Positions 1 to 8,939 of a stretch of DNA of 64,000 nt are shown piece by piece. A program made the translations under genes and the position numbers. Origin of the DNA: an uncultured Pseudomonadota bacterium (GTDB lineage Bacteria; Pseudomonadota; Alphaproteobacteria; RF32; CAG-239). The stretch covers positions 2,485 to 66,484 of the forward strand of contig CASFNK010000033.1 of the NCBI GenBank assembly GCA_949295995.1, read 5' to 3'. Every line of letters begins with the position of its first letter. Positions within the stretch are counted from its first letter, which is position 1. Below the pieces are notes generated by a model. The model saw only the letters and a program-made list of their open reading frames with translations. It was not told the origin of the DNA and ran no database searches.

Positions 1-1533
1 GGCGACTTTGGATTTGAGCTAGATGAAAAAGGCTTCCCTACTTCCAAAGTTATTTCCAAGAAAGTAATCACCGGACAAGACACCGGCGGACAAGTTTACT
101 ATGTAAAAGCACTGGCTGCAAATTCCAACAACTACGATGTTGACTTGGTAACACGCCGTGTTGACCCCAGAATTTGCCCTCAATTTGGCGGCACACCACG
201 CAATTTGGGCACAGATATCAACTATACAATTGAACAACAATGGCACGAAAGTTCTAACATTCGCAGTCGTGTTTTGCGTGTTCCTGCCGGTGGCAATTTC
301 AATTTTGTACCTAAAGAAGAGATTGTTCCCCTTTTACCGGAATTGATTAAAAATTTATATGAATTCTATAAAAAAGAAAATGCCTTGGATAACATTGAAG
401 TTGTTGAAGGACACTATCGTGATGGTATGTTAGCCGCCGATATGCTTTGCAGCAAGATTGAAGAAGAAACCGGACGTCGTCCTATTATGTTGGTAACCAG
501 CCACTCTTTAGGACACAAAAAATACGAACGCAATCTTCCGCAATATGAAGCAGGCAAGATTAGCGAAGAAGAATGGCAATGGCACAACTTTGAGCAACGC
601 ATTGAGCATGAAACCTTTGCTTTTAAAAAGGCAGACATTATCATTGGTACCTCTCCTGACGAACAAACTCGTCTGGTAGCTGAGCCTTATCTGGCAGATA
701 TCAACAAGATTACGGTTATTCCGCCGGGCTACAATGATGAAATTTTCAAACCATTAAATCCGCAAGAATTACACAAATTAAAATATCACTTTGATTATAA
801 AAATATTTATAATGAAGACAAAGTCATTGATTTGACCGATAAGAAAGTCGTTTCCTCTTTGGGGCGCGTTGTAAGAGATAAGGGTTTCAGCGAACTTTCT
901 CGCTCTATGGCAGAAATTATGAAAGAAGACCCGTCGGTTGTTTATATGGTTAGTGGTGAAATCGGCAATCCTGTTACCCAAGAATGTCATGAAATTTTGA
1001 AAGACTTTGAAGATAGAGTTATCTTTTTGCCATCACTCAACCAAAAAGAAATGGCAAGAGTGTACAATGTTTCATCAATTTTTGTAATGTCCAGCTTAAA
1101 CGAAGCCTTCGGTATGGTTCCGATTGAAGCCATGGGCTGCCAAACGGCCGTTATTGTCGGACGCAGCGGCTTCAACGATTTTGCACATTGTGCGGACATT
1201 CGTGATGACAGCCAAGATTACAGCAAAGCAATCGGTATCTATGCACCATCACAAGAAAGCGACCGTTGGCGCCAAGTAAAGGCTCTGAAATTGTTATTAA
1301 ATAACGAACCTCTGCGTCAAAAAATTGCTGAAAACGGCAACACTTATGTTCGCAATAATCTGACCTGGCAAAAGATTTCTGAACAAAAAGACCAAATTGT
1401 TCAAAAAGTCTTACGAGCCAAATCAGAAAATGTTGCATCAGTTACACATACAAACGCCGTCAAAGATTCTTCTGGTACCCAAAAGATGAGCACCACGGAT
1501 ATCATCACGGCAAAGAAACAAAAAGCCATTTAG
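1..1533 (+). CDS. GT4 glycosyltransferase, sucrose-phosphate synthase / mannosylfructose-phosphate synthase-like (5' end lies outside the window)
   Basis: Frame is open from position 1. DTGGQVYYV at nt 79-105, then GHYRDG, TSHSLGHKK, RIEHE, VIPPG and EAFGMVPIEAM match SPS-family GT-B motifs. Confidence 0.75.
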   Translation, partial: GDFGFELDEKGFPTSKVISKKVITGQDTGGQVYYVKALAANSNNYDVDLVTRRVDPRICPQFGGTPRNLGTDINYTIEQQWHESSNIRSRVLRVPAGGNFNFVPKEEIVPLLPELIKNLYEFYKKENALDNIEVVEGHYRDGMLAADMLCSKIEEETGRRPIMLVTSHSLGHKKYERNLPQYEAGKISEEEWQWHNFEQRIEHETFAFKKADIIIGTSPDEQTRLVAEPYLADINKITVIPPGYNDEIFKPLNPQELHKLKYHFDYKNIYNEDKVIDLTDKKVVSSLGRVVRDKGFSELSRSMAEIMKEDPSVVYMVSGEIGNPVTQECHEILKDFEDRVIFLPSLNQKEMARVYNVSSIFVMSSLNEAFGMVPIEAMGCQTAVIVGRSGFNDFAHCADIRDDSQDYSKAIGIYAPSQESDRWRQVKALKLLLNNEPLRQKIAENGNTYVRNNLTWQKISEQKDQIVQKVLRAKSENVASVTHTNAVKDSSGTQKMSTTDIITAKKQKAI

Positions 1534-1551
1534 TTTATGGCTATTCGTTAA

Positions 1552-1583
1552 AAAGAAAACCCGCCGATTGGCGGGTTTTCTTT
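1552..1583. terminator. Bidirectional intrinsic terminator
   Basis: aaagaaaacccgcc-gatt-ggcgggttttcttt inverted repeat between convergent genes. Confidence 0.85.
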
Positions 1584-1848
1584 AATGTTTATCATCTAAA
1601 ATTTCATATTCGGCATCAATGATATCGGCTTGTTTATTTTGATTTTTTTTCTTAACAATCACTACTGTTTCTTGTCCGAATTTTTTCTGATAATACCAAC
1701 GTCTTCCTAAATTCCACAAAAAATCGCCCAGCAAAAACACAACGACGACCGGCAGAATAAACGACAATAAATAAACCGAAAACACAAGCCCGCCCAAAAT
1801 CAAGACACTCACGGCAAGCCACATCACAAAAGCATCAATTTGTCTCAT
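1582..1848 (-). CDS. Small membrane protein, hypothetical
   Basis: ATG at 1848 directly follows the ROK stop. Two hydrophobic segments and an acidic tail, IIDAEYEILDD. Confidence 0.65.
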   Translation of the reverse strand: MRQIDAFVMWLAVSVLILGGLVFSVYLLSFILPVVVVFLLGDFLWNLGRRWYYQKKFGQETVVIVKKKNQNKQADIIDAEYEILDDKH

Positions 1849-1849
1849 A

Positions 1850-2743
1850 CTAAGCATCCTTATTAAATTTTTCGGCAGCAGCCAAAGTCGTCCCGATAAG
1901 AGCCGCGTCATTTTCCAATTGAGCATGTTTAAGTAACAACGGCATGGTTACGATTTGCCCGTTAACCTCATTTTGTAATTTTTCAAAATCCATAAATGCG
2001 GTTAAAGAGCCAAACAACACCACCACTTCGGGATCAAAAATATTAGCTAATCCGGCAATGCCGCGAACAACATCACTTTCCCAAATATGATATGCTTTTT
2101 CAGCTAAAGGATTATTTTCTTTCAAACCTTTAATCACATCATGACTGGACACATCATCTCGACCGTAAACTTCTTTGGCATCGAGCCCCAAAGCCGTTCC
2201 AGAGGCATAAATTTCATAACAATCCCATAATCCGCAACCACATTTCCTTTTTTTCTCACGATTCACCGAGAAATGCGCCTCTCCTCCGGCACCTGATTTT
2301 CCTTTTAAGAGCATTCCGTTCACAATAAAGGCCAAACCGACACCGGTTCCTATAGCTACCAACATAGAATTTTGAGTTCCTTTAGCGGCCCCCAAACGAT
2401 ACTCTGCCCACATAGCGGCATTTGCATCATTTTCCACATAAATCGGCTTTGATGAGAGCGAGACAAAATCCGTATTCATATAACCCTTAGGCATATTTCC
2501 GACCGATGCAATAATTCCGGTATTTTCTTTATTAACCTCCCCTGCCGTTGCAATCGCCACAGCATCAATTTGACTTTCAAACTGATGAACAATATCTTTC
2601 AGTGTATTATAGAGAACATCATTATCTTTCGGCGTTGCGATTCTGGTTTGTTTAGAAAGTAACTTTCCGTCTTGCGCAACCAAAGCATAAGCAATTTTGG
2701 TCCCGCCGATATCAAAGGCAAGAAAAGTCTTAAAATTTTGCAT
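1850..2743 (-). CDS. ROK family sugar kinase (glucokinase-like)
   Basis: DIGGTK, ENDANAA, GTGVG, AGGEAH and CGCGxxxCxExxxSG motifs. Confidence 0.9.
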   Translation of the reverse strand: MQNFKTFLAFDIGGTKIAYALVAQDGKLLSKQTRIATPKDNDVLYNTLKDIVHQFESQIDAVAIATAGEVNKENTGIIASVGNMPKGYMNTDFVSLSSKPIYVENDANAAMWAEYRLGAAKGTQNSMLVAIGTGVGLAFIVNGMLLKGKSGAGGEAHFSVNREKKRKCGCGLWDCYEIYASGTALGLDAKEVYGRDDVSSHDVIKGLKENNPLAEKAYHIWESDVVRGIAGLANIFDPEVVVLFGSLTAFMDFEKLQNEVNGQIVTMPLLLKHAQLENDAALIGTTLAAAEKFNKDA

Positions 2744-2821
2744 AAAAATCTCCCTAATCTGGTTGTCTTATATAAATATATGACTTATAGTAACCAAAAG
2801 CAATCAATTCTGAGGAAAATC

Positions 2822-3178
2822 ATGAAATATTTATTTTTAGAATACCCCAAATGCTCCACCTGTCAAAAGGCGCGACGCTGGTTGGAAGAACATCAGATTG
2901 AGTTCACAGCTCGCCACATTGTTGAAGCCAATCCCACAGCAGAAGAACTTGCCTTTTGGCAAATAAAAGGAACTCTCCCCTTAAAGCGATTTATAAATAC
3001 TTCGGGATTACTTTATAAATCTTTAGGCCTAAAAGACAAACTCCCTCTCCTCTCCGAAGATGAACAAAGACACCTCCTAGCCTCTAACGGCATGTTGGTT
3101 AAGCGCCCTATTTTAGTAGGTGAAGATTTTGTACTGACCGGATTTAAAGAACAAGAATGGCAAAAACATCTTCTTTAA
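2822..3178 (+). CDS. ArsC/Spx-family thioredoxin-like protein (arsenate reductase family)
   Basis: YPKCSTCQKA ... GMLVKRPILV ... GFKEQEW. RBS gagg precedes ATG 2822. Confidence 0.85.
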   Translation: MKYLFLEYPKCSTCQKARRWLEEHQIEFTARHIVEANPTAEELAFWQIKGTLPLKRFINTSGLLYKSLGLKDKLPLLSEDEQRHLLASNGMLVKRPILVGEDFVLTGFKEQEWQKHLL

Positions 3179-3251
3179 ACGCTAATTTACTGAAAATTAA
3201 AAAATTTTATATATTATCACAGTAAAACATTTTATATCAAAGGATTCTCAA

Positions 3252-4022
3252 ATGGAAAAATCCACTACAATCGGTCTATCAGCCGGCATTGCTTCTATTG
3301 GTATTGGTATGTATCTTAAAGGAGCTGATCCCCACGCTTTAATAAATCCGGCGGCATATTTAATTATTTTTGCAGGAACAGCGGCCGCATTATTTAACGC
3401 CTTCACAATGGAAGAACTGAAGCGCTTTCCAACATTATGCAAAATAATATTCTGCGGGAAACCGCAAATGAGCAAACAAGAAGTTTTAGAACTATTTGTC
3501 AGCTTAGCGAAATCAGCCAAACAAGAAGGCGTCATGGCCATTGAAAAAAAAGCAAATGAAATAGAGGATCCATTTATAAAATCGACCTTATCCATGGTAG
3601 CCGATGGTTTTAGCGCAGATTTTATATACGAAACAGCCGATAACGATATCAAGCAAATGGAAGAGAGACACCGTGCAAATGCTTCTATCTTTTCGCAAGG
3701 AGGAATGTATGCCCCGACACTTGGTGTTTTGGGAGCCGTTATTGGATTAATTGCAGCACTTGGTAACTTATCGGATATTGATAAATTAGGACACTCGATT
3801 GCGGCAGCCTTTGTCGCAACCTTATTGGGTATTTTTACCGGTTATGTCTGTTGGCACCCATTCGCTAACAAACTTAAAAGAATATCTGCCGCAGAAGTAG
3901 AAGTAAAGAAAATGATTTTAGAAGGGGCACTCGCTTTACAATCAGGAGCTTCATCCATGGCAATGGAATCAAAATTACAATCTTTCATTCCTGCTTCGGA
4001 AAGAAAAGCCCGCCAAGATTAA
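3252..4022 (+). CDS. motA: Flagellar stator A subunit, Bacillus-like H+ type
   Basis: APTLGVLGAVIGLIAAL ... AAFVATLLGIFTGY ... HPFANKLKR. Followed by motB. Confidence 0.92.
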   Translation: MEKSTTIGLSAGIASIGIGMYLKGADPHALINPAAYLIIFAGTAAALFNAFTMEELKRFPTLCKIIFCGKPQMSKQEVLELFVSLAKSAKQEGVMAIEKKANEIEDPFIKSTLSMVADGFSADFIYETADNDIKQMEERHRANASIFSQGGMYAPTLGVLGAVIGLIAALGNLSDIDKLGHSIAAAFVATLLGIFTGYVCWHPFANKLKRISAAEVEVKKMILEGALALQSGASSMAMESKLQSFIPASERKARQD

Positions 4023-4034
4023 AAAGGAAAGCAA

Positions 4035-4697
4035 ATGGTCAAGAAAAAGCCAGCCGAACAACCCCATGAAGAACACGCCGATGAAACGTGGTTAATTCCT
4101 TATTCTGATTTATTAACCTTATTATTGGCATTATTCATTGTGTTATTTGCATCTTCTTCACTTGATAAGAAAAAAGCCGCACAAATTCAATATGCTTTTG
4201 CGGCAGCTTTTGGTTCTATGGGCGCCGACCAAATGAACGGAACCATTTTAAATTTTTTAGATGATGCAGCCAAAGCAAACTTAGGAGAAGGAATAGGCAT
4301 TGGCTCGGATGCCCAAGGAGCAACTTTAGACATCACCAGTTCCATATTGTTTGAAAAAGGTTCTGACAAATTAAAAACCGGCACGGATGAACTTTTGGAT
4401 AAAATAGCCACATTACTAAAAGGAGATAAGTATCGCAGATTTGGAATTAGCGTTGAGGGACACACCGATACCGTTGAAACCAAACTCTCACGCTATAAAT
4501 CCGATTGGGAATTATCTTCTGCCCGAGCAGGAACAATAGTGGATGCGTTAATATCTCGAGGAGTAAAAGAAGAGCGCTTCAAATCAGTCGGTATGGGACA
4601 TATTGTTCCGAAATATCCCAATACCAACACTTATGGCGAATATATCCCCGAGAATCAGGAAAGAAACCGCCGAGTTGTTGTCAGACTAGAAATTTAA
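4035..4697 (+). CDS. motB: Flagellar stator B subunit
   Basis: TM segment WLIPYSDLLTLLLALFIVLFASS with the conserved Asp. OmpA-like domain VEGHTD ... WELSSARA ... NRRV. Confidence 0.92.
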   Translation: MVKKKPAEQPHEEHADETWLIPYSDLLTLLLALFIVLFASSSLDKKKAAQIQYAFAAAFGSMGADQMNGTILNFLDDAAKANLGEGIGIGSDAQGATLDITSSILFEKGSDKLKTGTDELLDKIATLLKGDKYRRFGISVEGHTDTVETKLSRYKSDWELSSARAGTIVDALISRGVKEERFKSVGMGHIVPKYPNTNTYGEYIPENQERNRRVVVRLEI

Positions 4698-4759
4698 GAC
4701 CTAGCCCTATTGACTATTCATCATCAAACTGCTATTCCAAACACGAAAGGAAGGTAGAA

Positions 4760-5356
4760 ATGTTTAGCCTATTTAGCATTCAGGAATTTATCAGTGCCTT
4801 TGTGGTTTTATTTGCAGTCATAGACGTTACGGGGTCAATTCCCATCTTTTTAAGCCTCAAGAAAAAAGGCAAAAAAATCAATGCCACCAAAGCAGCACTT
4901 TTCTCTCTCATAATGTTCATCGGCTTTTTTTATGTCGGAGAGGCTTTTTTACGTTTATTCAGTGTAGATATATCCTCCTTTGCGATTGCCGGCTCAATAA
5001 TTATCTTTGTAATGGCTATGGAAATGATATTGGACATAGAAATATTTAAGAGTTCACCCGATTCCCCCAAGGATGCAACTTTTATACCGGTTGTATTTCC
5101 GTTAATTGCCGGAGCCGGAGCCTTAACGACACTGCTTGCCATTCGCTCTCAGTATGCAGATATCAACATCATTTTAGCGGTTTTGCTCAATGTGATATGG
5201 GTCTATATTGTCCTAAAGCTCAGCAAAAAAATTGACCGTATTTTAGGTGCCGGAACCATATATATGTTGCAAAAATTTTTTGGAATAATTCTACTTGCGA
5301 TTTCCGTAAAATTATTTACACATAATCTGGCCATTTTACTGCAAGAAGTAAAATAA
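4760..5356 (+). CDS. MarC family membrane protein
   Basis: LFAVIDVTGSIPIF, PVVFPLIAGAGA, KFFGIILLAISV. RBS aggaagg precedes ATG 4760. Confidence 0.88.
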   Translation: MFSLFSIQEFISAFVVLFAVIDVTGSIPIFLSLKKKGKKINATKAALFSLIMFIGFFYVGEAFLRLFSVDISSFAIAGSIIIFVMAMEMILDIEIFKSSPDSPKDATFIPVVFPLIAGAGALTTLLAIRSQYADINIILAVLLNVIWVYIVLKLSKKIDRILGAGTIYMLQKFFGIILLAISVKLFTHNLAILLQEVK

Positions 5357-5382
5357 AAAAGAGCCCTATCCAAAGGGCTTTG
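5355..5382. terminator. Probable terminator hairpin
   Basis: agccct-atccaa-agggct preceded by an A-run, between convergent genes. Confidence 0.55.
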
Positions 5383-5385
5383 GGG

Positions 5386-7728
5386 TTACTTTTCTCTATT
5401 TACAAAAATAAATAAGGGAATACAACCAAACAACAAATATTTGCAACGATTTCTGGTTTGAATAGTCTTCCAAACAGGCAACATATTAAATAATCTCCCG
5501 ACACTTACATGCCCTTTTTTAATCATCCGCCACAAAACAAACTTATTAAACAACTTCAAGGTCTTAATTTCTTTTTTATTGGCTTTTGTTTTGGGCATCA
5601 AATCCAAACTTTCTTTAAGAAAAGCAAAAGAAGATTTCTGTTTTTCTTTCAATAATGGCTCAACAATATCATAATTGATACCGACATATTCTACGGATTG
5701 CTTATCAAGCCTATCAACCAAATGCGTTTTGAGGTTCAAACTTCCCAACAAACTTTCCAATCGAGACGCCCCTCTTTGTGAATTGATAACGCATAAAAAA
5801 TCTTTTTTAAAAATTAAAGAGAAACAAACACAATGAAAAGAATCAGTAATTACCAATTCAGCATTTTTAATTAAATTCAACCATTCTCCGATATGACGAA
5901 ATTGACTACTCTGAGCTTGCACCTGAGGATTATTGTAAATATCAACCAATTCCAAATTTTTCTCATTTGCAATAGATTGTAAAACCGCCATTGTCTCCGA
6001 ATTGTCGTCTAACAACATATAAGCAATATATTTTTTATCGATTTTATTGTTTTGAGCTTCTTTTTCAATAATTGCCTCATAATCTTCCTTTTGCAATAAT
6101 AACGTCGGATCCAAAACCTGAGTAGCATCGACATGGAACATATTCCGACAAATATCTACACCTGACGCTTCTCTTACAGAGATTGCCGAAAACCGTTTCA
6201 GAGCTTTTTTAACTTGCTCTGTTGCCTCATCACTCCCCTCCCAAAAATCGACCCCGAAGCTAGCCGCATAGGAGATTAAATTTTTACCATTATCCGCAAA
6301 TTCCAAGAAGAACTCTGGCAAATTACGAAAACTATACAAATAGCGCCAAACTTGGTCGCTTCCCACCACAAAGGTATCATACTTTGAGTTCAACTCGCTC
6401 AAATCATCAAAATTCCAACAAACCCGACTTCTTTTCAAAAAAGCCTGTCGAAATTCTTCAAAAAACTTTCCTTTATACCGATATTCAGATTTTTTAACCT
6501 GGCTTTCGGGACGAAAATCAATAATTTCAGCTTTGTTGCCGGTTTTTTCAATGGCTTTTTGCAAAGCATAAGCAACCAAACACGCTCCAAAATTACTACT
6601 ATGTTGCAAATTAAGAATACCGACTTTGTGCTTAGAAACCTCATTAGTCTTAATAAACATATCAGCCAGAGATTTCCAATTTTGCTCTTTTTGTAAAGCA
6701 CTGAAAAATTCTTCCCTCGCGACATGGGCTGTTACCGGCTTGCTCAAAGAGGGATTACCCAATATCACGGCATCAGCCGGCACCTGTTCACAAAATGATA
6801 CTTTTTCTTTTAATTTTTCCAATAATAACCCCGCTTTAGGTGAATTAACCATAACCACAGAGGTTCCCTTATCATTATCCAAATGTCGGCGATAAGAAGA
6901 GATACCCCAAAAATCACCAAGAGTAAAATCAGAACATCTTTTTACACCGCAAAATTGGCATTGATAACAACTTTTTCGTAAATAAAGATTATTTAAGAAC
7001 CCCAACATATAAGAATTTTCAGAGTGGAGATCGTGAAGTTTACCGTCAATCACTAAAGAATATTTTTTCCACCCTTTGCCTTTATTGCGAAATTCAATAT
7101 GTGTTTTTTCCTTAACTCCTAAATTTTTCAAATATAATTGCCATACCTTAGGAGATGGAACACCATGACACAACAAATCAACCAAAAGTAAATTATCATA
7201 ATTTTTCCCTAAAAACGCCTTCAAACCGGCGACCTGACAGGGTGTTCCCATAAACAAAACCTGTTTATTTTCATGCAAATCCGCACGCACTTGCATAAAA
7301 ACAGACCCGATATCACTTTGCACATATTTAGAACCGAGTAATTTTTCAAGCTCTGCAAAATCATCTACCCGCACATGGCGCAAAACATTTTCATCATCAA
7401 AAGCGGCACCGTAAACCACTCCTTTTTGAGCCAGAATATGTTCAGCCAACAAAGCAAAAATTCCACCTGAAGAACTTTTTTTCACCATATTGGCGTTACT
7501 ATTTTGCACGGCAAAAAAACGGGTTGCATAATTATTTTTCAATTCGCCACTATGCAGAGCTGGACAAACCTTTTCACACTTGTTGCAATTAACACAAACA
7601 TCTTCATTCACTATTGGTCGAGCAAAACCTTCCTTATCGGCTTTCATTTCAATTGCTCGGACCGGACACACATTAAAACAAGCAGCACAACCATAACATT
7701 GGCTATTTAAAACGCTTCCAATCTTCAT
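5386..7728 (-). CDS. Fusion: 4Fe-4S dicluster + F420-hydrogenase beta (FrhB)-like domain + polysaccharide pyruvyl-transferase-family domain
   Basis: Two CxxCxxCxxxCP motifs, SSSGG, GSKYVQS, GTPCQ, DLLCHGVPS, TLGDFWG. Then NFGACL, VVGSDQVW, SYAASFG, ISVRE, LDPTLL, TDSFH. Confidence 0.88.
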   Translation of the reverse strand: MKIGSVLNSQCYGCAACFNVCPVRAIEMKADKEGFARPIVNEDVCVNCNKCEKVCPALHSGELKNNYATRFFAVQNSNANMVKKSSSGGIFALLAEHILAQKGVVYGAAFDDENVLRHVRVDDFAELEKLLGSKYVQSDIGSVFMQVRADLHENKQVLFMGTPCQVAGLKAFLGKNYDNLLLVDLLCHGVPSPKVWQLYLKNLGVKEKTHIEFRNKGKGWKKYSLVIDGKLHDLHSENSYMLGFLNNLYLRKSCYQCQFCGVKRCSDFTLGDFWGISSYRRHLDNDKGTSVVMVNSPKAGLLLEKLKEKVSFCEQVPADAVILGNPSLSKPVTAHVAREEFFSALQKEQNWKSLADMFIKTNEVSKHKVGILNLQHSSNFGACLVAYALQKAIEKTGNKAEIIDFRPESQVKKSEYRYKGKFFEEFRQAFLKRSRVCWNFDDLSELNSKYDTFVVGSDQVWRYLYSFRNLPEFFLEFADNGKNLISYAASFGVDFWEGSDEATEQVKKALKRFSAISVREASGVDICRNMFHVDATQVLDPTLLLQKEDYEAIIEKEAQNNKIDKKYIAYMLLDDNSETMAVLQSIANEKNLELVDIYNNPQVQAQSSQFRHIGEWLNLIKNAELVITDSFHCVCFSLIFKKDFLCVINSQRGASRLESLLGSLNLKTHLVDRLDKQSVEYVGINYDIVEPLLKEKQKSSFAFLKESLDLMPKTKANKKEIKTLKLFNKFVLWRMIKKGHVSVGRLFNMLPVWKTIQTRNRCKYLLFGCIPLFIFVNREK

Positions 7729-7913
7729 ATAAAAATGACCCTAAAATTTCAAAATACCAGAGTAGATATATATATCCACCTGTCATATTCAATATATACC
7801 TCAAACAACTAAATGCTTTTAATTGTGAATTATCCAGAGATATGAATTGACGAACCTAAAGGAAATACCTTAACACTAAAGAGTAAGTTAACCCTAAAAT
7901 ATAAGAAAGAACT

Positions 7914-8876
7914 ATGGAAAAATTACAATATTTATTTACACATCACGCCACCCTTTCCCAATCTTGGATGTGGGTGATTTTTGGTATTGCAGTTATTGTC
8001 TTACTGCTCTGGGACTTGTTATTTTTTAATCGTAAGAATGAAGTTCCTAACTTTATGCATACCCTCATTTTGTGCATTGTCTATATTCTCGCCGCCTGCA
8101 TTTTTGGCGTCTTTGTGATATACGAAGAAGGCATGGAAAAAGGCTTGCTGTTTTTCACCGGTTTTTTGGTTGAAAAGAGTTTGTCATTAGATAACGTTTT
8201 TATTATTTCTTTGGTCTTTACATCACTGCAAATTCCAAGAATGTATCAACACCGTGTCTTATTCTGGGGTATATTAGGTGCTCTGGTAATGAGAGGTATT
8301 CTCATTTTTGTCGGCGATGCTTTAATCAAAGAATTCCACTGGGTACTTTATCTGTTTTCTGCCTTTTTGCTCTACACAGGTATCAAGATGGTTCTCCCTT
8401 CTTCAGAAGAAGAAAAACCCTTAAAAGAAACACGTTTATACAAAACGATTTCTAAGTTTTTCCACGTAACACATGAAATTCACGGAGAACACTTCTTCAT
8501 TAAGAGAAACGGGCATCACTACATTACCCCGCTGTTTTTCGCGCTCTTAATTGTAGAAACCATGGATGTTATCTTCGCATTAGACAGTATTCCGGCAATC
8601 TTCTTAATTACGCAAGATATCTTCATCATCTACACCAGTAACATTTTTGCAATTCTTGGCTTAAGAGCCTTATACTTTCTTTTGGAAGCTGCCGTACATC
8701 GCTTTGTCTATCTCAAACAAGCCTTATCAGTTATTCTTATCTTCATCGGAAGTAAGATATTCTTGCCCTATGTGGGATGGAAATTAGAAGCATGGCATTC
8801 ATTATCAATAACTTTCTCAATTATCTTTATTGGTATTGCTGCTTCACTTATCTCCACCAAGAAAAAGCAAGCCTAA
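7914..8876 (+). CDS. TerC/Alx family metal-homeostasis membrane protein
   Basis: EKSLSLDNVF, QHRVLFWGILGALVMR, DVIFALDSIPA, TSNIFAILGLRALYF. Confidence 0.92.
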   Translation: MEKLQYLFTHHATLSQSWMWVIFGIAVIVLLLWDLLFFNRKNEVPNFMHTLILCIVYILAACIFGVFVIYEEGMEKGLLFFTGFLVEKSLSLDNVFIISLVFTSLQIPRMYQHRVLFWGILGALVMRGILIFVGDALIKEFHWVLYLFSAFLLYTGIKMVLPSSEEEKPLKETRLYKTISKFFHVTHEIHGEHFFIKRNGHHYITPLFFALLIVETMDVIFALDSIPAIFLITQDIFIIYTSNIFAILGLRALYFLLEAAVHRFVYLKQALSVILIFIGSKIFLPYVGWKLEAWHSLSITFSIIFIGIAASLISTKKKQA

Positions 8877-8887
8877 AAATTAAGAAC

Positions 8888-8922
8888 AAAAAAATCCCGA
8901 AGAAAACTTCGGGATTTTTTTT
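8888..8922. terminator. Bidirectional intrinsic terminator
   Basis: aaaaaaatcccgaag-aaaa-cttcgggattttttt. Confidence 0.88.
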
Positions 8923-8939
8923 CTCTCAACGAGTCTAAA

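Noticed and set aside
4505-4759. N-terminal extensions in the ORF track for MarC (also ArsC from 2672, SpoT from 57104, SIMPL from 24533, LolC from 46211)
   Set aside because: They overlap neighbouring genes or intergenic DNA. Downstream ATGs coincide with the family N-termini.
7729-7913. yybP-ykoY (Mn2+) riboswitch upstream of the TerC/Alx gene
   Set aside because: Expected from gene context, but I could not find the conserved motifs or a convincing fold.
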